Source of the DNA: Octopus sinensis
Lineage: Eukaryota
Reading direction: 5' to 3'
DNA length: 64,000 bases
Assembly (NCBI RefSeq): GCF_006345805.1
Contig: NC_043012.1
Location: forward strand, 10,788,001-10,852,000
Below are positions 13,041 through 25,989 of the stretch, piece by piece. Both the position numbers and the translations under genes were made by a program. How positions within the stretch are numbered: the stretch's first letter is position 1; each line of letters starts with the position of its first letter. The notes beneath the pieces were generated by a model, which had not been told where the DNA came from, searched no databases, and worked only from the letters and a program-made list of their open reading frames with translations.

Positions 13041-13264
13041 CGAGGAGACGCTGGAAAGTTCCAGGTTTTAAAGGTGTCGCGAAAGGCCTGGTTGGAGGCC
13101 CAACATTCCGAGCACTTTCGCAGGGATTAGAAAAACTGAAAGACCGGTGCAATAAGTGTGTGAATCTGAGAGGGGAATATGTTGAATAAAATCATAATTA
13201 ACTGATCCACCATTTTTTTTTTTTTTTTACCCAAAGCCAGGAACTTTTCAGCACCCCCCCCTCG
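13041..13264 (+). mobile_element. Mariner-derived MITE
   Basis: Imperfect ~28-bp TIRs cgaggagacgctggaaagttccaggttt / aaagccaggaacttttcagcacccccctcg, TA flanks, and transposase C-terminal relic QGLEKLKDRCNKCVNLRGEYVE*. Confidence 0.8.
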
Positions 13265-14465
13265 TACATCCAAAAGACGGGATGATCATGTCTGGAACGT
13301 CCTAACTCGTAGACTTGTCGTCTTATGAAAATTGACTGGGGACTAAACGAGAGAACCTCTCATTTCAGTCTTGCTACTGTGGCCAACACCACAACACAAC
13401 CATGCACCGCCGCCACCACCACCACCACCACTGTAACAGAGAGGTTTTAAAACACAACCATCACATGTTCATACGACTATGTACACACCACAACCACCAC
13501 CAGCACCACCACGCCGCTTTCAGTTAAATACCTTGCAACCCCGCCACCAATTATAGCCACTGCTGTCGCCACCACCGGCACCAGCACTAGCACCACCACA
13601 ACCAAACTTTTGAACAATTAAATATGGAATTTGAATTGACAACTGCCTGCGAGGATAGGAGGGGGGAAGACCCGTATGTAAAACGGCGGGGAAAATATGT
13701 GACGAGATCTAATCCAATCAGTGTATTTAGAGACTTAACCACCCACCCACCCACCCATCCCCCACACACATCATGCTCTCACGCCCACCCCACCCCACCA
13801 ACTCTTTACATTAAAGACGAACGGATACGTCATCATTCTTTATTATTATACTGAAGTCTGTGTACTGCAAAGAGCTTTGTTGAACATACATATAAATACA
13901 TACATACACACACACACATATAAATATACAGACACACAAACACACGTATGTATGTATGTATGTATGTATGTATATGTGTGTGTGTGTATGTATGTATGTG
14001 TGTATGTATGTATGTATGTATGTATGTATACATACAAAGAGGATAAAGAGGAATTGACAAAGAGCAGAGAATGGAGAGGAGAAAGAAAAGACAAATAGAG
14101 AAAACAAAAATACAATGAAACGTATAAGCAGTTGTGTGTGTATAAAATGTACATATATATAAATGTGCATATGTGTATATATATATGTATATATATATAT
14201 GCTTTTTAAAAATGTTGCTATGTTGCATGTGCTGTAAAAATGAATGAGGTGGTGAGAGAGGAAGGTTGAATGTCAACAGGGTTCAGTAGATTAAAATTTT
14301 CATAATTACATAAGAAACTTTACTTAAACGGTGTTTGGCTTCAGGAATTGAGAGGAGGGGCGCGAGGGAAATATAAGCAAAGAGGAAGGAATTTCGTAAA
14401 TCAAGGCGAATTAGAGACATGAAAATAGAAAACGCGTTTTGTTTCGCTTAAGAGAAAGTATTTGT

Positions 14466-15268
14466 TCAGCTCTTAACTTTCATAGGAGCCTGAACAAGCG
14501 AAGGAAGTCGCGCGCTGCTCTTAACTTTCATAGGGACCTGAAGGAGCACAAATATATTTCTTTATTGCCCACATAGAGGGGACAAACAAGGACACACAAA
14601 CGGATTAAGTCGATTACATCGACCCCAGTGCGAAACTGGTACTTTATTTATCGACCCCGAAAGGATGAAAAGCAAAATCGACCTCGGCGGAATTTGAACT
14701 CAGAACGTAACGACAGACGAAATACTGCTAAGCATTTCGCCCGGCGCGCTAACGTGTCTGCCTGCTCGCCACCTTCAATGAAGGAGCACAAATAAGATGA
14801 GCTAAAATAGTCGAGGTGCTCTTAATATTTGAAGGGAACTGAACGAGCGAGGGTACTTGCGTCTGCTCTTAGCTTTTACAACGGCCAGAACGAGCGAAGG
14901 GAGTTGCGCTTCTCTTAACTTTCGTAGGGACCTGAACAAGTAAAAGTATTTACGCTGCTCTCAACTTTCATAGGAGCATGAACGAGCGAAGGTAGTTGTG
15001 TTAAGATAGTTTCGAAAGGAACTGAACGAGCGAGGGTACCTGCTCTGCTCTTAGCCTTCATAGGGACCTGAACGAGCCGAAGTAGTTGTGCAGCTCTTAA
15101 CTTCCATTAGGGGCCTGAAAGAGCGAAAGTAGTTGCGTTAAAACAGTTGTGCTTCTCTTAAATTTCGTAGGGACCTGAACGAGCGAGAGTATTTACGCTG
15201 CTCTTAACTTTAATAGAGGCCTGAACGAGCGAAGATAGTTGAGCGGCTGTTAACTTTCATAGGGGCCT
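14466..15268. repeat. ~46-47-bp minisatellite, about 11-12 diverged units
   Basis: Consensus ctgaacgagcgaaggtagttgcgctgctcttaactttcatagggac. Confidence 0.9.
14555..14776 (-). mobile_element. SINE family B, tail type 1, inserted into the minisatellite
   Basis: 16-bp TSD tgaaggagcacaaata at 14539-14554 and 14779-14794. Confidence 0.9.
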
Positions 15269-15270
15269 AT

Positions 15271-15619
15271 GAATCTACCCCCAATACCTATTTTCTTTTT
15301 AAACCTGGTACTTACTCTATCGGGAAATATCGCCGAACTGCTATGTTACGAGGACGTAAACACACCAACACCGGTTGCTAGGCAGTATTTGGGGACAAAC
15401 ACCGACACAAAGACACACACACATATATATATGTATATACACACACACACACACACACGACGGGATTCTTTCAGTTTCTGTCTACCAAATCCACTCACAA
15501 GGCTTTTGTCGACCCGAGACTATAGTAGATGACACCTGCCCAAGGTGTCACGTAGTAGAACTGAACCCAGAATCATGTGGCTGGTTAGCAAGCTTCTTAC
15601 CACAAAGGCACGCCTGCGC
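15271..15619 (-). mobile_element. SINE family A
   Basis: Colinear with other copies. Confidence 0.75.
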
Positions 15620-16544
15620 AATATGTGTGTGTGTGTGGAAGCTAAGGCTTGCCGCAACTCTGAGTATGGCACTTCCGTTTTTATATTTTATTTACAACGT
15701 TGTAACACAGGGCGATAGTGAAGCGAATAAGTGAATGAGTAATTAAAGATGCATTGATCAAGTCTTGAAGAAGACAAACTTCAGAATTTCTAATTCCTGC
15801 AGTCCTAGTCTGGGCGTTGGTTCAGTAGGAGGCGCCTTTCTGACACCAGAAAATTGCCCAACCAGAAAATTAACACACTGCAAGCTTCATTACAACACGG
15901 ACAGACATTTCACAGGGTGTAATCCTATAGGGGACAGGATCCGTTCTTACAGCCTTTTTCTTATGCCATAAAAGAAAACGTTTTCACATTAATACTCTTT
16001 CTCTCCTTTCTTTTTCTTGTTGCTGTTGTAGGGCAGTTTGAGCCGCCTAGATATGCATGTGCATACGTGTACATGTGTTTGAGTGTGTGTGTGTGTCTGC
16101 GCAGACATCTACACAAGAGTATGCGCTAAATAATCACATACAAAACACAACTCAATACAAGATAGCTAGATAGAGACAGACAGATATACAGATAAACAGA
16201 AAGAGAAGAGAAGAGAAGAGAGAGAGAGAGAGAGAGAGAGGGGGGAGGGAGGGGGGAGACAGATAGATAAGTCCAGTTTTTCGTGTTTGCATTGACCAGA
16301 CAGAATTTGTTGAGGCAGCATTTCTACGGCTGGATGCCTTTCTTGTCACCAACTCTCACATGTTTTCAAGCAAGGTAATAATAATTCCTTATGAACCGAC
16401 AGGCTTTTATTTATTTATTTATTCTTTTTCATAGACGATGGGAAACGAACGACACCGCTCGCATCACGGTGAGATTCGTTTATAATAATACTACCTCACG
16501 GAGATACTCACGTACACTAGATAAATAGATAAGCAGATAGAGAG

Positions 16545-16671
<127 letters not shown>

Positions 16672-16790
16672 AATAAGCGGACTGACAGACACGTCGCACA
16701 TCTTTCGATTCTCATCTATCAAATCCACTCATAGGACTCTGGAGCTCAGTGTTGTAAAAGGCACATGCCCAAGAGATGTTTATTGACTTG

Positions 16791-17049
16791 AAGTCAATAA
16801 ACATCTCTTAAAGACCTTTGCATTTTCAAACCTTCTTTCATACACACACACATATTTCCCCGTGTTGAATCGTTAATCTCTACACTTTTTTTCTCTCTCT
16901 GTGTATTTTTCCTTCTTAATCCTTTCTGTAGAAGAGCATAGGCTCGAAACGTAAAATACTTTTCTATTCTTCCTGAGCGTTAAACTAATACACCTGCTTG
17001 TTGTCTTGTTATTCCTACACCTGCCTTCGTTTTGTTTTCTGTAAATTTG

Positions 17050-17050
<1 letters not shown>
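16791..17050 (+). mobile_element. Penelope-like pLTR-type remnant carrying the variant hammerhead
   Basis: Shares ~130 bp (cctttct..gagcgtt(a/g)aactaataca..ttgttg..ttcgt..tgtaaatt) with 43870-44000. Confidence 0.5.
16922..16957 (+). ncRNA. Variant minimal hammerhead-like motif (core CUGUAGA)
   Basis: cttt-CTGTAGA-a-gagc(atag)gctc-GAAA-cg-TA^aaat: same spacing and ACGT palindrome as at 32823, but A6 is U. Confidence 0.5.
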
Positions 17051-17127
<77 letters not shown>

Positions 17128-17749
17128 GTGTGTGTGTAATTGAAATAATTGAAGAGCCGAAAGTTTCTTTCATAACAGCAACATTTGCAGTGTTATCTTC
17201 ATATAGTCCAACGAGGGAGCCCCTATGAGGTCGGTTGTCAAGCAAGAAATAGCAGCTAAATCGCCTTCAAATTACACTAACTGTATGAAAAGTGCGAAGA
17301 TGTATTGGATAATACCTTTCATATACAAAAAGACGAGTTAATAGAGGCTAGAATGTCTCTGAATGCCGGTCTACTCAATATCAACAAAAGTCTTACAGCA
17401 TTAACAAAATTAAAGCGAAGACCCCAAAATATTTCTAATAGCAATCATTTTTTTCTTTAATATGATCAATAGGTACCATGGGGATGTGCAGTCCATCAGA
17501 GCTTAGCAACAGCAGCAGTGACGGAATCAATATTTGATTGGTTTGCAAATGCTTTAATCTTTATATGACCAAAAACGGCGTCCAACAAGGGAACTGTTGC
17601 TGCTAGAGCAAACATAGTAACTCCAATATATGCTATCAAAAGTCCAACGTAGCAGATACAAACCACAGATCAATAAGTTAGCAAACAAAACATATATATC
17701 GATACCATGAAGAAGAAATTAGGACATGACGCGAAAAAAATATTAGTTA

Positions 17750-18170
17750 GGCGTAGGCGCGGCTGTGTGGTAAGAAGCTTGGCGGCGAGCTGGCAGAAAC
17801 GTTAGCACGCCGGGCGAAATGCTGAGCGGTATTTCGTCTGCCGTTACGTTCTGAGTTCAAATTCCGCCGAGGTCGACTTTGCCTTTCATCTTTTCGGGGT
17901 CGATTAAATAAGTACTAGTTACGCACTGGGGTCGATATAATCGACTCAGAACGTAGCGGCAGACGAAATACCTATTTCTTTACTACCTACAAGGGGCTAA
18001 ACATAGAAGGAACAAAAAAGGACAGACAAACGGATTAAGTTGATTATATCAACCCCAGTGCGTAACTGGTACTTATTTAATCGGCCCCGAAAGGATGAAA
18101 GGCAATGTCGACCTCGGCGGAATTTGAACTCAGAACGTAAAGACTGGCGAATACCACTAAGCATTTTGTC
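17750..18170. mobile_element. Composite: family A head stub, plus-strand B (17781-17946), inverted B fragments (17947-18170)
   Basis: Direct reading of the junctions; about 100-bp inverted arms 17848-17946 / 18038-18136. Confidence 0.8.
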
Positions 18171-18424
18171 ACCTTACAATTCAGAAAATAATAACATATT
18201 TATTACGAATATATAAACGAAGAAATTTGTTTTATTTCATTCTATTTTATTTTAAGATAATTAAATGCTTTTCTTCTTTTGAATATTAATACTTATTTCA
18301 TCGTTTTCTTGAAATTTGAGAAAAACTATAATTATTGTTATGTCTGTCATATTTCCTGCTATTTACCCATAGTGGCAACAGCAAACTTCTAAAGTTACCA
18401 GTCATATGACAGGTAGCAGCACTA

Positions 18425-18838
18425 AAATAATAATAATATTTTCTAATACAGCACAAGGCCTGAAATTTGGGGGAGGTGTATTACCGATTACATTGGAATC
18501 AGTACGCAACTAGTGCGTATTTTATCGATACCGAAAGGATGAAAGATAAAGTCGACCACAGTGGAATTTGAACACGCTAAACATTTTCCCGAGAGTGTTC
18601 AAGATTCTTATTTCTTTATTGCCCACAAGGGGCTAAACATAGAGGGGACAAAGAAGGACAGACAAAGGGATTAAGTTGATTAGATCGACCCCAGTGCGTA
18701 ACTGGTACTTAATTTATCGACCCCGAAAGGATGAAAGGCAAAGTCGACCTCGGCGGAATTTGAACTCAGACTGTAGCGGCAGACGAAATACGGCTACGCA
18801 TTTCGCCCGGCGTGCTAACGTTTCTGCCAGCTCGCTAC

Positions 18839-18885
<47 letters not shown>

Positions 18886-19093
18886 TCCTTTCTACTAACG
18901 GCACAAGGCCTGAAACTTTGGAGTAGGGGACTAGTCGATATCATCAACCACAGTACTCAACTGGTACTTATTTCATCGATCCCCGAGAGGACAATAGGCT
19001 AAGTCGACCCCGGCGGAACCAGAACGCAAAGACGGATGAAATACCGCTTAGCATTTTGTCCGGTCTGCTAACGATTCTGCCAGCTCACTGCCT
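18425..19093 (-). mobile_element. Array of three family B SINEs (18425-18590, 18605-18835, 18839-19093)
   Basis: Colinear copies; the (AAT)n tail of the third abuts the head of the second. Confidence 0.8.
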
Positions 19094-19484
19094 ATCTGCA
19101 TGTACATACATATATGCACACGTACCTTTTTCTTTTTTTATCGGGAGAAGGGGTACGGGGAGTGTCCGTAGCCCGTTATAGGGGCTCAGGAAATTAGTAG
19201 GAGGGAGGAAGAGAGGGAGCCAGAAACGGGAAGCCTGGCCCGAATGCCCGCAACAGTATAGCGTTCACAAAGCAACTAAGACGCGGCGCAGGTGGAAGTA
19301 GGCCACGGTAAGATTTGAACTCGGAAGCTTTACATCATGAACAGATAAGAAATAAAAAACGCGCACCCACCCAGCCACACACACACACAACTACAAATAA
19401 AGTTCTTAAACAGCGAAGAAAACAATAAATAAAAGCAACGAAAACACACAAAGAAAATTAATGACATAACAATATAAGTAACAA

Positions 19485-19519
19485 CAACAACAACAACAAT
19501 AATAATAATAATAATAATG

Positions 19520-19583
<64 letters not shown>
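19485..19583. repeat. (AAC)n(AAT)n microsatellite
   Basis: Direct reading. Confidence 0.95.
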
Positions 19584-19585
<2 letters not shown>

Positions 19586-22192
19586 GTGACTAGTTTTAAC
19601 GGTGGCAAATTACACTGACAGAGAGAGAGAAAAATCCTCCAGCGAAAGACGAAACTTGCGAACTAAGATTACACCAACTACCAACAACAGTTATATGTGT
19701 GTGTGTGTGTGTGTGTGTAGACAGAACAAACGGAAGATTTCTGATTTTCCGCCTTGTGCATTAGACAAGAGATCACTATGCATATGTTATATATAGACAC
19801 GTGTGTGTGTGTGTGCGTGCGCGCAGGCATTGAGAGAAGCAAAGGAGAACAAGAAAAAAAAAAAAAAGAAATTAAAGCTATTTCGATACATCAACTTGTG
19901 TTGAAAACCGGTAGAATTCTTCTGATGGTATTAATTGCAACGAGAAGAAGGCAAAGACAAGGGTTTACGGAAGGCGGAGGAGTTAATTAATCAGAGAAAG
20001 AATTACCACGCCGAGTGGGTTAAGGTAGCGAACGCTCTAACCGAGGTTCGAATCTCAGTTTAAGTTGAGCTCCCAATAAAACCAATATATTTTCATTCAG
20101 GGAAAGGTCGGGAAGAGAAAGGGAGAAGCGAGAGGGGAGAGGAAGAGAAAGGGGAGAGGGAGAGAGAGAGGAGAGGAACAGAAAAAAGAGGAAGAGAAAG
20201 GGGAGGAAGAGAGAGGAGAAGAGAGAAGACAAAGGTTTAATGGAAAACCTTGCTAACTGGGAGCTAACATGTTGCAGTTGTTTAACCCTAGGTCAGTCCT
20301 ATGATCAAGTTGATTACGTTAGGGTCCACACTATCCAGTGCGTCCTAATTTCTACAACAAACCAAGATAAGTAAACATACAGGAAACGAAACAGAGAGAA
20401 AGATACTACGTGTTCGCAGCACCTACTAGAAATAGCACCCAGGTTACTCTCAAATTACAAACTATGGTTTTATATAACGAAAGAATACAGCCATCGGAAC
20501 AGTTATAACTGGAAAGCCTTAAATCCTAACTCAACTTGCTCCATGATATAACCTGGTGTTAAACAACAACAACAAACTCAATTTAGGTATGAACACCACT
20601 ACCTCAGGAAGAAACACGTGTTCAACAAGTGCAGGAATGATATTATGATTCTCGCAGAAACAATCCTCTTCATCTTGGCAATAGAAAGCTAGGCAGACGA
20701 CTCGAGAAAATACACAGCGTCACCTAGATTTGACAATAAACAAGCGACGGGGAAATCATTGATGACAACTCACAGCATATGAATAAATAAATTTCTGTTT
20801 CGCATATAAAAACAAATACTGCAAACGCTGTGAATTAGGCTAAATATGTTTTATACGATGTAAAATGTAAAAAGAGTGTAAGCTTATTATATTTTACACC
20901 TTACTGTGTTGATATAGACGATCGAGCCCCGTTTTTGCTATTTTTCTACCCACCACCATTTCCTATGGTGCCCTTAAAAATCAGGTTGATTCTAGGATTA
21001 TTTTAAGGTAGCGCAGTTTCGGGGCGGTAGCGAAGGGTTGACGGTGACAAGGTTAAGGAGAAACATCTTGAAGCAAGGAGCAGCCAAGAGCACAGAGTGC
21101 AAACCTTTGCACTGAATGAACCCAAAGGGAAACAAAATAGTCCCGCCCCTCCTTCAAGGCTCTTTTTTTCTTGAAGCCAAGAAGATAAACAAAGTGGGGG
21201 CAATCTACCCCTTTCGTGTTTATACACATACCTTCACTTACTTCTTCACTGCATGTTTACGCGTCTCTTTCTTTCATTCTTTCCTTTGTCCCCTCTCACT
21301 GTCCCCATCTGTTTCTCCATCTATCAATCTCTCTATATCTCTATGTCCATATATCTATCTAGATATCTATATTTCTCCACCAGTCACTATCTCTCCCCAT
21401 CTACTTACATATCCAGCTATATCCATCTTCATCTATTCATCTGCCTATCTATCCCTCCTTCCGTGTGTGCGTGTGTGATCAAACAAGTTGTAATGTGACC
21501 TTCCCCCACAGCAAAAAAGAGTGGGAGGGTGGGGGTGGAAAAATACATCTGGTGCTGGAATAAGGGCAACATGGCATTAGACAAACATAATGGAGAAAGA
21601 GTTCTCTTACAAACACACACACAAAGCTGGAGGAAAAAGCAAGAAGTGAAGATAGGCAGGACTTAATTCAAACAATACACAAAACAAAAGATAACCAATA
21701 AATACTCACACACACACACACAAAACGTAAGAAGCCGCTACATAAGGGGTCCCCAAACGTTTTAGACCATCGACCCCTTCATCGACCTCTAGGTATGTAC
21801 AAGAAAATAAATAAGTAGATGTGGATTTATCGACCCCTTAAATAGGCCCATCGAACCCCCAGAGGTAGATATCGACCACTTTGCTCTACGCGGTGGTCAG
21901 CCTGCTAAAAACAGCTGCCGATTCACCCTCAAATAACATAACCGAATAAAACACATACACACACGCACAAATCAGAATAACTAATGTAGTTCTAGGATTG
22001 CAGCAGGAAATGCCTTGCCATAATAAATCGGATCGATAGGAGCTGACTTGGGGTTAAAGAACGACAATAACAAAAACAACAAAAAGCAGCTTCTGTGACA
22101 AGAGAGAGAGACGTCAACGGTGTTTGAATATACGAAAGGCAAAGCTGCCCTCTACTGGCAAGACTTAAATCAGAACGTCAAGGGACATTATT

Positions 22193-22648
22193 AATATTGA
22201 TTTCAAATTTTGGCACGAGGCCAACAATTTCAGGGGAGGGGATAACTCGATTATATCGACCCCAGTACTCAGCTGGAACTTATTCTATAGACCCCGAAAG
22301 GAAGAAAGGCAAAGCTGATCCCAGCGGAATTTGAACTCTGAACGTAAAGTCAAACGAAAACGCCGCTAAGCATTTTACCCGCGGTGCTAACGATTGTTCC
22401 ATCTCGACGCTTTAATTAAATATTGATTTCAAATTTTGTCTCAAGGCCAGCGAGTTCGGGGGTGGGGTGGGGGAGTAAGTTGATTACATCGCCCCCAGTA
22501 TTCAACTGGTACTTGCTTTATCGACCCCGAAAACATGAAAGGCGATGTTCGACCGCAGAGGAATTTGAACTCTGAACGTAAAGATGGACGAAAATGCCGG
22601 TAAGCATTTTTCCTGACGTGTTGACGCTTCTGCCAGTCCGTCGCCTTA
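22193..22648 (-). mobile_element. Tandem pair of family B SINEs, tail type 3
   Basis: Tail ...gaaattgttggcctcgtgccaaaatttgaaatcaatattaa; two copies (22193-22413, 22414-22648). Confidence 0.75.
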
Positions 22649-23109
22649 ATTAAATATTACTAAGGTATTCTCGACCGCTACTCGACCGAGAAGTAACACT
22701 TATTGACAATAATGATAATGATTCCTTTATTTACCACTAAGGGTTTACACAAAATGCAACGGCGGCACAAGACGATAGAATGCAATATGTGAGGATACGT
22801 GAAGGTGAGTAAAGAGTTAAAATAACAAAGAAAAAAAATTCAAACGAGAAAAAATTGGCGAAAGTTGGGAGACTTCCAAGGGCTGTTCATGGAAACCCCT
22901 AAAAAATCAGTCGCCCTGACCAATTAGAGCAAATGCCTTCTCCTCGTCCTTTTCCCTCGTTCTACAGGCGCAAACGCAAACCAGGTTCCTTTACTCGGAT
23001 CATCCTTGCCACATTGATCCGTCTTTCAATAAATTTGCTGGAAAACAGCAATTCCTTTTCTACCCCCATTTTCCTTTCCGAAATAAACTTAGTAATAAGT
23101 TTATGAGGA

Positions 23110-23678
23110 TTTGGCCAAATACAATAATAGTAATCTTTTCTACTATTGGTACAAGGCCTGAAACGTTGAGGGAGGCGGTTAGTCGATTACATCGACCCTA
23201 AGATTCAACAGGCACTTATTTTATCGACCTCGGCGAAAAGGTGAAAGACAAAGTCGACCTCCGCGAAATTTGAACCCAGCAGGTAAAAAACCGAAAAAAA
23301 AAATGCCACTCAGCATTTTATCCATCAATTCTACGAGCTCTACAGTCCAGAACGGTAAGAGGATCAATGTTGTTACTACAATAACATGGAGAGAGAGAAT
23401 GTTAGACAGGAGAATGGTAGACATGAGAATGGTAGACATGAAAGGCGGTGAGCTGGCAGAATCTTTAGCACGCCGGGTGAAATGATTAGCGGTATTTCGT
23501 CTGCTGTTACGTTCTGAGTTCAAATTCCGCCGAGGTCGACTTTGCCTTTCATCCTTTCTGGGCCGATTAAATAAGTACCAGTTACGCATTGGGGTCGATA
23601 CAATCGACTTAATCCGTTTGTCTGTCCTTGTTTGTCCTCTCTGTGTTTAGCCCCTTGTGGGTAGTAAAGAAATAGGTA
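23110..23678. mobile_element. Divergent family B pair (23110-23340 minus, 23444-23678 plus)
   Basis: Colinear with family B in opposite orientations. Confidence 0.8.
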
Positions 23679-25958
23679 GACAGGAGAAAGTGAGAGAGAA
23701 AGAGACATAAAGAGAGAGATTAACACGCCATTTATAAGCGCTCCTTTCAATTTATTATAGAGAGAAGGTTAAGAAAGATTTGTGGTGATAAACGCTGCAA
23801 GACTCCTTCTCTCCTAATGAGTTTAAGTTAATCCTCTGCTGGAATATTCGAGGAAGCTGTCTTATAAAATCCACTGTTTAAACACAGAGGAGTCCATAGG
23901 TTTATGATGCCAATTAAGACACAGCTGATTAACTGAGCGGTGAGACTGAGCAAAACAAACAACACATGCAAACAAACACACGTTGCCGTTTAAATACGCG
24001 TGCAGGAGAGGGGTTGTTGTATATGAACACAAATACGCAAGCATGTTCTAGGGAGGTTTGTTTGCACTTTAATCCGGGGCTAGAGTCAGGGGGGAGTAAG
24101 AAGTATATTGTGTTATGTCAGAAATATTAATTACCTGTAAATGAACATTAAAGGTGATGGTTGTTCAAGAACGAGACCTAATAACACACGGATATGTGAG
24201 TGTGTGTACACACACACACATATATATAAAATTATATATATATAAAATATTCATTTATATTTGTATTTATATTCGTGTAACCGACTGTTTTTCCGTCCTT
24301 GTTTTTGTATACATTCGATGCTTTCTTCCAAGGAATCTAATGCTCTTAGCTTAGTTTTTCCTTGGGGCTGGCCAGATTGGAGCAATCTCAAGATTAATCA
24401 GTCGAAATTGCAAATACAGCTCCCTCACTGCGTTGTGAGTGCATAGAGTTGTCAACGTCGACAGCAAGTCAAGGAGTAGAGTTCCCCAAGTGGCTCGGTG
24501 CCCTCTTTGGCACCCTTTTCAGCAATTCTATGGTAGCCAGAGCTCTCCAGATCTTCACTTAGGAGAAGGCCACTCCAATGTAAAACCTACTGGTCACCAT
24601 AGCTGTCTTTGCACGCTTAGACCTCCAAGTCAAGAGAATGAAATCAGATTGCGTGGACAGACTCTCACTTTAGAACTACTAAGCGCAGGCAGGAAGAAAA
24701 ACCCTGCGGCATCAAGGATTGGTTTACATGGTCACATGAGGGTGGTCCTCTCTTCCGTATGACCTTCGGATTATATGGGAGAAATTAGTTTCATCATAGA
24801 TACTCCAGTTTGTTTTTCCAACATTCTAAAAGAACTTCAGGCTGTCGGTACTAGTATCGTAGAGTGGTCCCGGTTTGCGCGCACGCGCAGACGCGCGTCC
24901 GTGCTAACCAGATGTAGGCAGTCGATCTTACGAGCTGACTGGCGCATGCACGATATATACGATATATACTTGTATCGATATATACGTGTATACGATATAT
25001 ACTTGTATCGCACGTCCCCGATTCGCGTTCGCTGCTATTTCTTGCAAGTCGAGGCTTAAGGTAGCGGTTCCCACATTAATCCTTAATGTGTATGTGTGTG
25101 TGTGTGTGCGCGCGCGCACGTGCGTATATGTCATGAAGGGAAAACGTAGTTTGGTACCAAGGCTGTTGAAAAATAGTAACAACGGTTTCAATACATTGAA
25201 TGTGCAAGCAGCAGCAGCAACAACAGCTGCAGCAACAACAGCTGCAGCAGCAGCAGAAAAGAGTACTTTATTAGACATTCATCAAACCTTTCTGAGTGTC
25301 TTTATGTTATTTAGACCACGGGATAGGAGGTGGTGGTGGTGGTGGTGGTGGTGACTGTTGTTATTGAAGGCGAAGGAGAGAGAGAGCACTGAGTGGAGTG
25401 TGTCAAAGATCAGATCTGCCAGCCAGTGGTAGGAATAGGAAGAAATACCGTCTTTACATAAAAAGGGAGCTGAATGCTGCCAGTAAAGAAAGGTCTTAGG
25501 TAGATGAGAAGGAAGTAGCTTGAGCGACGTAGACGGAGGAGTTAGGGGGAGGGTTGTCAGAGGGAGACGGAAGGGCGGCAGGGCGGCTCGAAAGAGCTGT
25601 CATCTCATCTCAGTCAACTCAATACTAAGTATGTTAAGAGAAGTCCATTAAGTGGCGCACACCAGTGAGAGAGACAGAGAGTAAGGGCAGCATCGAAGAG
25701 CAGAGATGCCAATAGTGAAAGTGGCGATGGTGATGGTAATAACGGTGGGGATGCTGCTGATGAAATAAACAATCACATTATTATTATTAGTAGTAGTATT
25801 ATTATTATTAGTAGTATTATTAACAACAACAACAAAAATAAGATTTCAGCACTCGGCATTCTACAAGCTAAAATACTGACGTTGGAATGATACTGTTGGG
25901 GGTAGAGACAGACGAAATTATACTTTCAGTCTCATCCTCACACCCCACCCCCTCCCAG

Positions 25959-25989
<31 letters not shown>

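Noticed and set aside
14466-15268. CRISPR-like or hammerhead-like reading of the 47-bp repeat (ctgaacga..gagc/gctc)
   Set aside because: No unique spacers, eukaryotic context, and no GAAA after the stem.
20006-20058. tRNA-like A/B boxes (gccgagtgggttaagg..ggttcgaatc)
   Set aside because: Too short and cannot form a cloverleaf; a degenerate SINE or tRNA fragment.
24400-24770. Possible LINE fragment or exon (107-aa ORF)
   Set aside because: No recognisable motif in six frames by eye; left unannotated.
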